Below are positions 12,720 to 26,029 of a stretch of 58,900 bases of DNA, in pieces. The position numbers and the translations under genes were made by a program. Positions within the stretch are counted from its first letter, which is position 1. The number at the start of each line of letters is the position of its first letter. The notes below the pieces were generated by a model. That model was not told the DNA's origin and made no database searches. It saw only the letters and a program-made list of their open reading frames with translations. The DNA comes from Nemertoderma westbladi. Taxonomy: Eukaryota; Animalia; Xenacoelomorpha. The stretch lies in NCBI GenBank assembly GCA_032718475.1, contig JAUCBJ010002206.1:1-58900 (forward strand). Direction: 5' to 3'.

Positions 12720-13860
12720 ATCTGTTCAAATCTATTCCGGCACGTATTATGAAATTAGTTACATATAAAAGTACCGAACTGTCCAAATCTATTCCGGCAC
12801 GTATTATGAAATGAGTTACATATAAAAGTACCGAACTGTGCAAATCTATTCCCGCACGTATTATGAAATGAGTTACATATAAAAGTAACAAACTGTCCAA
12901 ATCTATTCTGGCACGTATTATATAGGAATTAAGTTGCATTTATAAGTACCGAACTGTACAAATCTATTACAGACATATTATGAAATGAGTTACAAATAAA
13001 AGTACCGAACTGTCCAAATCTATTTCGGCACATATTATGAAATGAGTTGCATATATAAGTACCGAACTGTCCAAATCTATTCCGCACGTATTATGAAATG
13101 AGTTACATATAAAAGTACCGAACTGTCCAAATCTATTCCGGCACGTATTATGAAATGAGTTGCATATAAAAGTACCGAACTGTCCAAATCTATTCCAACA
13201 CGTATTATGAAATGAGTTACATATAAAAGTACCGAACTGTCCAAATCTATTCTGGCACGCCGTATTATGAAATGAGTTGCATATATAAGTACCGAACTGT
13301 CCAAATCTATTCCGGCACGTATTATGAAATGAGTTAGATATAAAAGTACTGAACTGTCCAAATCTATTCCGCACGTATTATGAAATGAGTTACATATAAA
13401 AGTACCAAACTGTCCAAATCTATTCCAGCACGAATTATGAAATGAGTTGCATATATAAGTACCGAACTGTCCAAATCTATTCCGGCACGTATTATGAAAT
13501 GAGTTACATATAAAAGTACCGAACTGTCCAAATATATTCCGCATGTATTATGAAATGAGTTACATATAAAAGTACCGAACTGTCCAAATCTATTCTGGCA
13601 CGTATTATGAAATGAGTTAGATATAAAAGTACTGAACTGTCCAAATCTATTCCGTACATATTATGAAATGAGTACATATAAAAGTACCGAACTGTCCAAA
13701 TCTATTCCGGCACGTATTATGAAATGAGTTGCATATATAAGTACCGAACTGTACAAATCTATTCTGGCACGTATTATGAAATGAGTTACATATAAAAGTA
13801 CCGAACTGTCCAAATCTATTCTGGCACGTATTATGAAATGAGTTACATATAAAAGTACCG
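12720..13860. repeat. 57-bp minisatellite, about 20 copies
   Basis: Unit GTACCGAACTGTCCAAATCTATTCCGGCACGTATTATGAAATGAGTTACATATAAAA. Copies start at 12771 and 12828, for example. Confidence 0.95.
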
Positions 13861-15040
13861 TACAGTTCCAAGGGAATATATTCCATTGTCGTATAGCGTT
13901 TGAACCAGGTTAACAGAAGTAAAAAAGTTGTCGAAGTAAACTCTAGTGAATGAATTTCGAATATTTTCTGTTAATTTTAAGACCACTCCTCCTAACAAAT
14001 AATCAGGAAGCAATTTTTTACCTAAGTAAAGATGGACTTCATATGTGTACCCAGACCTGCTGCCAGAACGTAGCCAACACTTGAACCCCCATTTAATGGG
14101 TTTGTTCTTTATGTATTGTTTCATCGCCGAGTGGCCCTTGAATTTAACCATATGTTCATCTACTGACTGTGAAGAACATCCAGACAAGGCACAGGCGAAT
14201 GCGTCGTTTACATGGTCCAGGATGGGTCGGATCTTATATCCCGTTCCACCATTTTACCATCTTCATCCAATTCACACATGAGGTTATCAGCAAATTGCAA
14301 ATTTGCAAGTATTTCCTCAAATCTGGGGCGTGTCATTGTTTTATTAATTCCACTATTGCCAATAAACTCATCTGTGGACCAGTAATCCCTGAGTGATGGT
14401 AACTTATTTATTGACATTATATAATTTACTCCAATAAATGTGCGCATTTCATCAGCACTGATCTCAAAAACTCGACCTGATTGTTCGGCATATTTCCTGC
14501 TTTCACAGACCAACAACTCAATAAGTTTATCCAACTTAGCAGATTAGAAAATACCTCCACGGGAGTACAATTGTCCTCAAAATCCAGAAGCACATCGTCA
14601 TCTTCACCATATAAGCATGTTTGACTTTTAGAGGGATTCTTTTTTTTCTTCCAGACCCACTTCCGTTCCGGTTTACGTTTATCCTTTAAACATTCCGAGC
14701 TACAGGTAGAAACATCCAGTTGTACGACTACCGGTACATCAGGATCAGGAACAACGACATGAATGTTCGCCTCAGGAACTATACCTATGGGATTTACCGG
14801 TACCAGTACTTCGACTTCATTAGGACTAATGTTATAAATCTCATCATTTACCCCTACCGGTAGGCCTAGATTTATTCCAGGATCATTCTCCACTACAAAC
14901 TCAGTGTCTGAGTCATTCATCAAGTTATCAATAAAGCTTTCGGTGTCACTTTCAACTTGGTCCAATAAAGCAAAAGCATCGTCATAATCACTGAGACAAA
15001 AAAAATATTTCTTCCTAGCGCTTTTTGCAGGTTTATCCAT
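13856..15040 (-). mobile_element. piggyBac (PGBD-type) transposase pseudogene, C-terminally truncated
   Basis: Acidic N-terminus, then DYWS, MTRPRFEEILANLQFADN, SVDEHMVKFKG, KNKPIKWGFK, YFDNFFTS and GTVR, spread over three frames. Confidence 0.92.
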
Positions 15041-15045
15041 TGCTG

Positions 15046-15448
15046 CAAAGGGTACTGCAGTACCCTACCAAAACAACGCAGTGACAACCAATATAATTAG
15101 CGGTATATGCCTACTGGCTACCGGTACTGGGATATGCTTATTTATGACAGCAGGTGTATCTACCTACCGTACATACATGATGACAGACGATAAGGGCCAC
15201 AAAGGGTACTGCAGTACCGGTACAAAACAATGCAGTGACAACCAATATAATTAGCAGTATAGGCCTACTGGCTACTGGTACTGGGATATGCTTATTTATG
15301 ACAGCAAGTGTATCTACCTAACACTGTACCGTACATACATGATGACAGACTATAGGGGCCGCAAAGGGTACTGCAGTACCGGTACAAAACAACGCAGTGA
15401 CAACCAATATAATTAGCGGTATAGGGCTACTGGTACTGGGATATGCTT
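15046..15448. repeat. About 2.5 direct repeats of ~155-160 bp upstream of the piggyBac ORF
   Basis: CAAAGGGTACTGCAGTACC...GCAGTGACAACCAATATAATTAGC recurs near 15046, 15200 and 15362. Confidence 0.85.
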
Positions 15449-16529
15449 ATATGCTTAATTATATATAAAATATTTAATATGTTAATATAAAGAGGATGCG
15501 GTGGAACAGTACTTGATGTAAAAGATAGTGTAATGCGTAGGTAAACGTCACATTTATAAATCTGTGCAGCATGTACTACGTACAGATTGTTTAGGCCCTA
15601 AAGTCGCCTAAGTACAGTAAAAATACGGTCGTTTACTATATTTTGCGTTTAAGCAAAGATTGTTTTAACCTGCGTTTGGTATTTTCGAAGTATATTAATC
15701 ACAATTAAATTTGTAAGGAGATAACGATTACATTCCTGGGCGGCCATCTTTTGTGAACTAGTTTAAGTTCTTTAAACATATTATATAAAAATTCGTAGGG
15801 GATATTTAATTTATTTTATGTTGTTTTGCTCCTCAATGAGTGTAAAGAATGCTTCATTTTACATACTTATATTTTTCATTTATTTGGTGCCAATACTAAT
15901 TAAATGTGGGAATCGATTTTGGAAATCTTTACGGATATAATACGTAGGTTGTCACATTTAGTAACTATGGTGCGGCTTGTACTACGCACAGGTTGTAGGC
16001 CCTATTGTGTATTTTTGTACAGTAGAAATACGCTCATTTACTATAGCCCCCACGAACGTGTTGGGTATAACCAGCCAGCATAAGTATAATTTCTTTAGTT
16101 TAGGATTACACGTTATAGAACTGATAACGAAATAATACATACTGTATAGGTGTTTGGGTCTCTTTCCCTGGGGTGTCATTAATAAAGGTGCACGTTTGTT
16201 TAATGTTGTTTATTTGCTACTATTGTTTTGAATGGATCTGTTTAGGCAATTTGCTGTCACGTATATGTAATATAAAGAAGGATAGGCCCTAAAAACTACA
16301 AACTACGCGTAGTTACAAGGGAGGGGACCATTGGGCAGCACCCCACCCCGGGGTCCTGTACCGGTCCGGTACCTAGACCAGTACTACATGACCACTGTGG
16401 TGTAGTTGGTTACGGTTACGGGTTTTTTGTTACTTACCTAGGCCTATTTTTGTATTTTTTTATTGTAACATGTAAGTAAATATAAGCAACTGTATGTAGT
16501 CAGTGTGGTTTCCGTCTGTTTTGTTTGAT

Positions 16530-16575
16530 TTATATCCTGAAGATGGCCCTAGTGGCAGAAATTAATTGATAATAA
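16530..16575 (+). ncRNA. Degenerate hammerhead-like core (Penelope terminal-repeat type)
   Basis: CTGAAGA-TGGCC-CTAGT-GGCA-GAAA followed by AATAAA. Stems I and III are weak. Confidence 0.35.
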
Positions 16576-16740
16576 AGAACCTGTTTGTTTTCTCATTTAG
16601 TCACCAGGGCTGTAATAACTCCAAAAAGAAAACCTATATTTCCTATATTACAATGAATGCCCTAAAATCGGCGGACTGAATGTTTTCAACATACTTTATG
16701 AACGCCCCCATAACTAATAAACTATGTTTTATCATTTTAG

Positions 16741-17940
16741 ATGGAGAAGTACGGTATTGTACATGGTCGATTCGCTCGGCGGGCGACACTTGCTGACGTC
16801 ATAGACAACTCGCTGGTCATGGAGGGCCACCATATCGCGGCAATGATTATGAGTGTAACCTGTGCAGCAAAGAAAAATAAACCGGCACTAATTTCTCAGT
16901 CGCCAGCGAAGAAGGCCAGGGCGTCTTCGTACCATACTCTGGCCTTCCTACTGTAAGTAAAAATTATTACTATTACTGATACTAATGTTAATATTTTTTT
17001 CAATATTCGCAATATGTGACATTACTACCAAAAATAACATGAATTAAAAAACAATCATCAATTTAATTTATGTATATTAATACATTATATTACTAATTTG
17101 GTGTTGTTCAAACTAAATCCTATTAAAAATACAAATATGGTTACCTGCTAAAGTTAAATTTACACTAACTACATCATAATATTATATTTTAATAATTATT
17201 TTTAGCGATATGTGTTCTAATGACGTTTAGTATGCTATTCCCGACCCACGCTGATTTAGAGAGGTTCTTCGAGAACGGGATCGGCGTGGGTACATTCATC
17301 GCCATCCTTGAGCCGGGGTACCGTGGGGGGGAGACAACACATCTTCCCGCGGTAGTATCCCGGCTTAGTCCGATACATCTAAGGGACGCCCCCATTTACC
17401 CTGAGCGCCCCTCTCGGTTGAATGAAATAAGTAAATCTGCAGAACTGGCGGGTTTCTGCCTTGAAATCGCAAGACTGACTTTATCCGGGGTTTGTGTTGT
17501 TGTTAATATTATTTCGTATTTGTAAATAAAGATTAATAATAATAAATATTGTAGTAGATAAGTTTGTCAATTTCTATTACATATATTTTTATAACCAAAT
17601 TAAGCAGAATTGCTTTTATTAAAAAAAAATAATGACTTTCCTAAACAATAAGCAATATACATAATCAAAATAAATAATGAATAATAATAAATCTCATTTA
17701 TAAATATTGTATTTTTTAGATGATATTGAAGAAGGTGTGTGGGGGCAACTTGTGCCGAGGATTAAAAGGGGCGGCCTGCCCTTGCTACCGGCAGGGGTTG
17801 AAGAAGACATGGGTGATCGAAGGGGACATCCGCCTGCCAGCGATTTCGGATGCGGAGAATAAGAAGGTGGAGCCCCACCCATTTTCATCGCGGTATTTTA
17901 CCGCGATGTTTCTGAATAGACATCAACAAGGGGTAGGCAT
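16741..17940 (+). pseudogene. Three GC-richer exon-like blocks of an unknown gene (about 16741-16952, 17206-17489, 17720-17932)
   Basis: Each block follows a ttttag acceptor within very AT-rich DNA, and the first ends in gtaagt. The third has a Cys cluster (CGGNLC....ACPC). The phases of blocks 1 and 2 do not match. Confidence 0.5.
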
Positions 17941-18299
17941 TTTAATATTCAAATTGATAATAAAATTTGCTAATTAAAAAATATAGAAAACCTTAACTAA
18001 TCATTTACATACAGTACTTACACTATTGAACTTTTTAATTAATTGATAGTAGCAATAATAAATTGAAGAACACCACGTTTGTAAGATATAAAAAATAGGC
18101 TACCAATTAAAGTCATACCAAAAACAATTATTCAACACCAAAATAATTAAATGCTTTTTGGTGAGAAATATTCAAAATTGGGGGATGTAAATTTGGGATG
18201 GGGGATGCGACGCGCTTTACAAGGAGCGTGCGCCGCGAGAGATTCGTACTTTCTACGCAGATTGTATGGATCAATCGGGATCATCGGACGAGGACGAGG

Positions 18300-18676
18300 A
18301 GGAAGACGACACATTTTACGTGCATGCGGGGGAGGAACAGCCATCGGTAACACTCCTCACACAGAACCAATTGAAAGGGTTTAGCGTGATTCCTATAAAG
18401 ATTACCGGAACCCGAGGGAGCAAGCGTATATACGCTATCTTAGACTCCGCGTCATCGCATAGTTATGTCGACGAACAAGTAGCCGACGTGGTTACGGACA
18501 TGAGTCAAGGTAAGACTGCTCAGTATACTGTAAGCAGCATGCATGGTAAGAGAGCGATCCCAGTGACGAGAGTAAAACTAACCTTAGATACTCTTCTTTC
18601 CAAAGCGGAACACAGCAAGGAGGAGCGCTCATTACTTCCGGTAAGAAATTTGACCTTTGCAGCTACGAAGTATTAA
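18300..18676 (+). mobile_element. BEL/Pao LTR retrotransposon aspartic protease fragment
   Basis: VIPIKI.G.RG...IYAILDSASSHSYV is the BEL/Pao-type LD(S)xS protease motif. Confidence 0.7.
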
Positions 18677-20344
18677 TCTATCAACCAATCAGAATCGTAA
18701 TGAAATAACTAATTAATGGACGCCCATAAATTAATTTCGGGATGTTAATTTCGGAAATGAATTTCAATAATATTTTTTTTTATAATAAAAATTGTTTTAA
18801 TATTTTTTTACAATGTATAATTCGCGGACACTGCGGGGTGACTACAAAACAAAGACCCAATTATAAAGACCTGCATAATCTTGTTACATGTGTTAACTTT
18901 CGTTAATTGTTTTGAATCCCCCTTCACGCCTCTGTAACTTGCTCCTTTACTAACCTGCTCCTTTAAATAGCAATGGTACATAACGCTCATTGTGACCTGT
19001 ACAAAACAAAGAGGTAAAGTCGTGTTACGTCCCAAAGAGCATTAGGTTCCAAAGAGCTTTAGGTGCCATTGCCAGAGAGCGTGAGGTCACATTGCCATTT
19101 AAAGGAGAAAGGAGCGGGTTAGTAAAGAAGCAGGTTACAGAGGCGTGTTGGGGAACCAAAACAATAAACGAAAGTTAACACATGTGTTTTGTATTTGTAC
19201 AGGTCTTTATTATTTGGGTCGTTGGTCTTTGTTTTGTAGTCACCCGACACTGCGGTGTTGCGTGGGGGCCACCAATCCACCCACCCACACTCAACTCCCA
19301 ACTTCCTGGACACTAGGATACTGAGTGAAAGCGTCTGAAACTACTACAGGAACTCCATGAAAGACTATGGGCTAGCGACTAGGGACTGGCGCCCTTGAAC
19401 ATGTAAACTGTAGTACCTACTGTAACCCCTACCTTAAAGTGACCTGTGGGACCAGCCCATTATTAGTGAGGTCGGCATTTCCCTTTATCCTGCCGCTCTC
19501 TTTGTATTACAATAGCATACAGCTAACCAATGGCAATGGTCTACCCCCAGTGCGGGAAAGACAAGCTGGCTACCATTGAAATGAATAGGGGAAGGATAAT
19601 ATGGTATGTTCGTGTTCCCATCCTAATGTCTGTTGTCTTGGCTCAGCTAAGCTTAAACAGAGCCACAGCCTACAATAGAGCTTTACCTAAATACACTTCC
19701 AGTGAGCCAAGCAGTAGTGGCTGTGGCGGGTTAGCTCCAAAATGCTCATGTAGGATTTCTTCGAAAAAGGACCAATTGGTTGAGTTACGAGTTACAGTGA
19801 AAAAGTATTCATGATTAGATTTTGCTTTGAACAGGAGAAACAGATGGAATATATAGGTCATCTAATTAATTGTTTAAAGATTAGCAAACAATACAGTGTA
19901 ATTGAATTGATGAAATCCATAAATAAAACGTGGATACAAAATGTAAAATCGGGATGCAAAATATAAATTTCTGAGCTAAGAAAGGGAAATTGGATACTGT
20001 ACAAATTGACTGGATACAAGCGGACCGTTTACCTTACAAAATGAAAAATCAACGTGCGAAATATAAAACAGTAGTGTCCTACTCGAACTGAACGGAACTG
20101 TCCGGGGGGGGGGGGGGGGGGGGGGGGGCTGGGAAGGGAATGTCCGGAAATCGAAGCCCTTTTCTATCTGCCAACATCGTGGGCTTTACTTACACTCAGC
20201 CTCTATCAGTCTATTCACTGGCTGTGATTGACAAGCCAACTTGCCTCAGAAGTTCCTTTCATGAATGCCGCAATTTATATTTGGCCATTTTGGTCGTTAT
20301 GGCCGCCAAAATGACCAAGTTAATGTTTATTGGGATTGGGACTG

Positions 20345-22097
20345 TATATGATTTTATTTAAGGGTAGTATTTTTATAAAAATATTATGACGAATTAGAAT
20401 AATTGGAATTAATGATATTATCTGATACGTTGGATCAACTATAAAAATTATCTGAAACTCGGTATCGGTTCATGCTGAAAAAATATTAATTATATAAGCT
20501 AAGCCCTCTTTTCAGCCTTTCCCATGCTGCATGAAGGTCTCTGAACAGTTCTAACAGCTATTTCCAACATTTATCATGGTGCACGAAGCCCCTGGAACAA
20601 TTTCAACTTTTCTTTTCAGCATTTATCATGCTGCATGAAGGATTCTGAACAGTTTTATGAGCTCTTTTCAGTATTTCTCATGCTGCACGAGGGCTTTTAA
20701 CAGTTTCAACAGCTATTTTCAGCATTTCTCTTGCTGCATGAAGGCCTCTGAACAGATTCGACAGCTATTTTCGGCATTCTCAAAGTGCACGAAGTCCTCT
20801 GAACAACTTCAAATGTTATTTTCAGCATTTATCATGCTGCCTTGAGGACTCTGAACAGTTTTATCAGCTCTTTTCAGTATTTCTCATGCTGCATGAAGGC
20901 CTTTTAGCAGTTTCAACAGCCCTTTTCAGCATTTATCATGCTGCATGAAGGCTTCTGAACAGTTTCAACAGCTATTTTCGGCATTCTCATATTGCGCAAA
21001 GCCCTCTGAGTCTGAACAACTTCAAATGTTATTTTCAGCATTTATCATGCTGCATGAAGGACTATGAACAGTTTTATCAGCTCTTTTCAGTATTTTTCAT
21101 GCTGCATGAAGGCCTTTTAGCAGTTTCAACAGCCATTATTATCATTATAGATCATCATTATATGATTTTATTTAAGGGTAGTATTTTTATAAAAATATTA
21201 TGATGAATTAGAATAATTGGAATTAATGATATTATCTGATACGTTGGATCAACTATAAAAATTATCTGAAACTCGGTATCGGTTCATACTGAAAAAATAT
21301 TAATTATATAAGCTAAGCCCTCTTTTCAGCCTTTCTCATGCTGCATGAAGGTCTCTGAACAGTTCTAACAGCTATTTCCAACATTTATCATGGTGCACGA
21401 AGCCCCTGGAACAATTTCAACTTTTCTTTTCAGCATTTATCATGCTGCATGAAGGATTCTGAACAGTTTTATGAGCTCTTTTCAGTATTTCTCATGCTGC
21501 ACGAGGGCTTTTAACAGTTTCAACAGCTATTTTCAGCATTTCTCTTGCTGCACGAAGGCCTCTGAACAGATTCGACAGCTATTTTCGGCATTCTCAAAGT
21601 GCACGAAGTCCTCTGAACAACTTCAAATGTTATTTTCAGCATTTATCATGCTGCCTTGAGGACTCTGAACAGTTTTATCAGCTCTTTTCAGTATTTCTCA
21701 TGCTGCATGAAGGCCTTTTAGCAGTTTCAACAGCCCTTTTCAGCATTTATCATGCTGCATGAAGGCTTCTGAACAGTTTCAACAGCTATTTTCGGCATTC
21801 TCATATTGCGCAAAGCCCTCTGAGTCTGAACAACTTCAAATGTTATTTTCAGCATTTATCATGCTGCATGAAGGACTATGAACAGTTTTATCAGCTCTTT
21901 TCAGTATTTTTCATGCTGCATGAAGGCCTTTTAGCAGTTTCAACAGCCCTTTTCAGCATTTATCATGCTGCATGAAGGCCTCTGAACAGTTTCAACAGCT
22001 ATTTTCGGCATTCTCATATTGCGCAAAGCCCTCTGAGTCTGAACAACTTCAAATGTTATTTTCAGCATTTATCATGCTGCATGAAGTACTATGAACA
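20345..22097. repeat. 52-bp minisatellite nested in an 814-bp tandem duplication
   Basis: The unit is like TTTTCAGCATTTATCATGCTGCATGAAGGCCTCTGAACAGTTTCAACAGCTA. Near-identical ORFs at 20657 and 21471 (offset 814), and the AT-rich leader is duplicated too. Confidence 0.9.
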
Positions 22098-22099
22098 TA

Positions 22100-22600
22100 T
22101 GAACCGGTAGAGCGGGTCACTCCATATTTGACGCCATTCACTTACACTGGAACCGATATGTTCGGCCTTTGATGGTTAAGGTGAAACGCCATATGGAGAA
22201 ACGATATGGTTTGATATTCATTTGCTACAACTCAAGAGCTGTGGCACTTGAGTTGGTACAAAGTGCAACCGCAGATGCATTCATCAATGCTCTGAGACGA
22301 TTTATGTGTCGTTATGGAGCTGTTAGGAGGATGCATTCCGACAATGGTGGTAACTTTGTAGGAGCAGAGAAAGAGCTTAGAGAAGCCAGGATCACATTGG
22401 CGAGCTCTGAGGTGACCAACTCAGTGCGAAAAAAAAAGGTGTGGAATGGAAATTTCACACGCCTTATGCCCACACACTTCAAGGGTGTGGGAGCGAATGA
22501 TCGGTACAGCAGGCAGACACCTCCGAGCCATCGCAACAGATCATACGGTCACAGAAGATGTATTGCGAAGCCATTGGATTGTAAAGCCAGTGAGTGAATC
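22100..22600 (+). mobile_element. BEL/Pao integrase fragment
   Basis: PFTYTGTDMFG, KRYGLIFIC..SRAVALELV, FINALRRF..RYG and SDNGGNFVGA. Frameshifted afterwards. Confidence 0.9.
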
Positions 22601-23284
22601 ATGATGTGGCTCAGGTTTAGATATATTGGCCAAACTTTATTGAGTTTTGGATTCGGGTGGATTTCGGGGTCAAAAGTATCATTATCTGTAAAATGAAGAT
22701 TTTTTATTCAAAGCCTTGAAATGCTTTAGAAGCATACAGTGTTTAAAAATCGGGGTAGCTACCACTGGACGTTTTGTCCAGTACATCCAATAGTCCTGTT
22801 TATTTATAATGCCTAGAAGCATTGTAAGAGCAAAAAAGACACGAATTTCTGCCCCAGTTGTAGGTTGCCAAGACTGGTTGTTCTGAGCTGCATACCGATT
22901 ATTCTCAGTGGCAATAATATCAACTAGAGTATCATCATAAAACAGATTGAAAAATTCCAGAACTTCCCCATCCCATGTAAGTGTATAATAAAGTAATAGT
23001 GTATGGTGTAAATAAATTGAATGAATAAATAAATTCGATTTAAATTAAATGAATAAACAAAACCATTTACATTACATCATTAATTACAGTTGCAACAGCT
23101 CATCTCCAATTTATGTAATTAATATCACCTGGCAGCAATACCCAAGCTGAATATTTATTTATTTGTACTTCCCTCCTGTTTCACTCTAGCATACTTGAGG
23201 CCGTTAGAATATATGCAACTATAATTATAGAATATATGCAACTTAAGACAGCCCATTAAATAGAAGTGGGTTAGGTGAGAGGGT

Positions 23285-23420
23285 GAGCGTCAGGTTCTAG
23301 TTGCTGAGCTGGTTAGTGCTACTGATGAGGCCTGTAAGGCCGAAACGTATGTATACTGGTTCTAGACTTCTATACAGTATGCTGGTTCAACACCCAGTGC
23401 CGCGCTTTCTCATTTTTTTC
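23285..23420 (+). ncRNA. Hammerhead ribozyme-like motif in a short interspersed insert
   Basis: Perfect core CTGATGA (23322) - GGCC TGTAA GGCC - GAAAC (23342), followed by GTAT-GTA. Stem I is imperfect. Confidence 0.6.
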
Positions 23421-25554
23421 CACTTCTGAACAAAATCATTTACATTACATAATTAATTACAGTGGCAACAGCTCATCTCCAATTTATTAGTTATGAATGC
23501 CTTCATTGTGTCATGTAGCCACTGCATTCCGATTTCACCAATGCCCACGAACTGTGATAATTCGCAGCTGCTAATACCACTAGCTGCACTCTGTGACAAA
23601 TCTGCTTGACAAAGTGTAGAAGAGGCAGTAATGTGCTGCCACTGATTAAGGCAACTCTCCATACTAGTAAAATGGGACTTGTCTTCATAAGACCCCGAAT
23701 CCTTATTCTCACACTAATTTGAAACACACATCCTTCAAGTCTGTAATTATTGTTACCAAACCATATATATATTATTTCCAGTTCAATTACCAGTCTAATA
23801 CCCTTTCAATAATTTTCATGTAATAAAAGGTCGTATCCTTATCAGGCCGCCAGACCCGTCACTAGTAATATTCAATAAATTTCATAAGACTTGGGGACTG
23901 GTGTCATGCATGCAGTGAGAGAACGATAGTTTGATAATCAGGAATTAGGAACCCACAGATTACTTACTGTAAGAATTGCTCGCTGATATATTGATTGATT
24001 GACTGGCTAAGCAATCTCAGGAACCGCACTTATGATTTTGATGAAATTTTCATCTAAATGATTCATCTAAATACCTTAAAGTCGGGTCCGCTTCATGTTT
24101 TTCAAATGTCTCATTGTCATTTAAATAGTGTTCTTCTTTGTTAATATAATCAGACTTCTCCGTTCTAACAAATCTTTGTGAACCTTTATCTTGTATTCGT
24201 TGAATGTGTTCACAACACATGTGTCATTGCCTCCTAATAGTGTGCTTGTTGTGCTCTGGTCTGTGGGTTTTCCGTTTTCTTTATGATCTCATAGTATTTT
24301 TTCCTAGTTTTGTTTACAATATCTCGTGAGGCAATAACTCTACCATTGTTTTGATGGTGTCTACACCCACTAAATAGACTTGCGGTTTGAATGATACTAA
24401 GATCAGTGCAATAGGAGTAGGAGAAGTTGAAATTCACTACAATGTAGTACATTAGCCAGTTCTGCTAATATAATTAATATATAATATAATATTAATCTAT
24501 AATTTGACCTGGGTATTTTGTTTAAATGTATGGCACTATTATAAATAGTATTACTAATTTATTTAATACTATTTAAGAAAAAGACGCCAGCAGAAGATTT
24601 AAAAATATCATTTCTGGAATCAGGGCGCTGAAGAACACTAAAAAATGAAATCAGTTAGTCTGGGCATTTTTCTTTTATAAAAAGTATGTTCAGCCCCACC
24701 ATGCCCCCCACCACGATGAATGCCCTACTTACGACGACTATATTTGTGCATTGGTTGACTATCCTGTGTTTGGGAACTACCAGGTGTTGCTCGCACTATC
24801 AAAAGCGTATTAGGGGCAGATACAGGTATTAACAACAGAAGGGGGTCACACATTTGAGCAATTTGGGTCTGGGGGTTTACCTACAATTCTTATCGACCTG
24901 TGTATCGACAAAGGGATACGGTATATCCGTAACTATGGGAAAGTCCTCCTGCAGGTCGCTATAAATGGCAGATCCCATTTTATATATTGATTCGTCCAAT
25001 AATATGTCCAAGACAGGTCTCGGAAGTAACGCGGCGTCAATTCCCATGGCCGGATGGCGGTTGGTACTCCGCACGTAAGCCTCAGCCTTTTATTTGTTTT
25101 AGTTTAGAAACCACAATAGTTTATCACATAACAAATAAATTTTTAGGAAAAGTCATAAAATGTCAGATTCCCAACTGCGTTTGTTTCAGAATTATTATAA
25201 AAAAAACACGGGGGCACATGACCCCCCCCCCCCCCCCCGGGTTTAATAGGGTTAAGTAGTATATTTAAAAGCAGCAGTCCCTGGCGATTTATCGCATAAT
25301 TATTGTAGTAAATCGTGTATTCATAATCTTGTTCTAATTCCTTCACTATCTGAGGTTTTGGATGATTCGTCTAAGAGGAATATAAATTTAAAATTATTCT
25401 GTAAACTGTACGAAGTGAAACTACGTTCTTGAATTATAAACATGATTCTACAATAAAAATTCGATTAGGTTAAATAAATCTGATAAGGAATAAGAAAATG
25501 ATTATACATTTTTTTGCATACCTCCTACATCCATTCTCCCTACATCCATTTCAA

Positions 25555-25790
25555 TTGGTTGAGTTCCATGCTGGGGTGTGTTGGCATGGTCCTTCTTTCA
25601 TTGCCATTAACAGCTTTGGGAGTTTTGATACTCCTAGAACAGTGTCTGACAGCTGATAATAATTCCGATGAACACTGATATTGTGTCCCATTAATTTTAC
25701 AAGCATATCCAGGTGGAGAGCGCAAATGGAGCATTTGCGCCGTGCGAGTGCATGACCGACGGCGTTGGCCATATGGTATTGTTCTAGAAT
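25555..25790 (-). pseudogene. C-terminal fragment of a second-family tyrosine recombinase
   Basis: KLMGHNISVHRNYYQLSDTVLGVSKLPKLLMAMKEG matches the GH.I.VH..YY.L......K..KLL.AME.G terminus I recognise from animal YR-domain proteins. Frameshifted upstream. Confidence 0.75.
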
Positions 25791-26029
25791 ATTACAGTAT
25801 TATTAATCCCATGTAAAATTAAAAGTTAAAGCCCATGTTGCTGATGGAAAATAACAAATGCCTACCTTGATTTTGTTAACCGCTTTGAAAAAAACGTGAT
25901 TTTTTTTTTATATGAGTAAATTACATGTTTCCCCACATAATGACACCTTGCTTGACCAAATTTTATCAATTTAAAAACTGGAAATTGCGTGTTGAAAAGT
26001 GCCATTTTTGAAAAATTTAGGTGTCTTTT

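Noticed and set aside
12720-13860. CRISPR-like array, and ORFs 12628-13886
   Set aside because: The units are contiguous with no unique spacers, there are no cas genes and the context is eukaryotic. The ORFs are translations of the satellite.
23453-23730. Possible Cys-rich C-terminus of a decayed transposase
   Set aside because: Only a vague KSECSG...CCHC resemblance across frameshifts, too weak to call.
25085-25254. Possible TTAA-flanked MITE end (GGGTTTAATAGGGTTAA)
   Set aside because: No matching second end was found.
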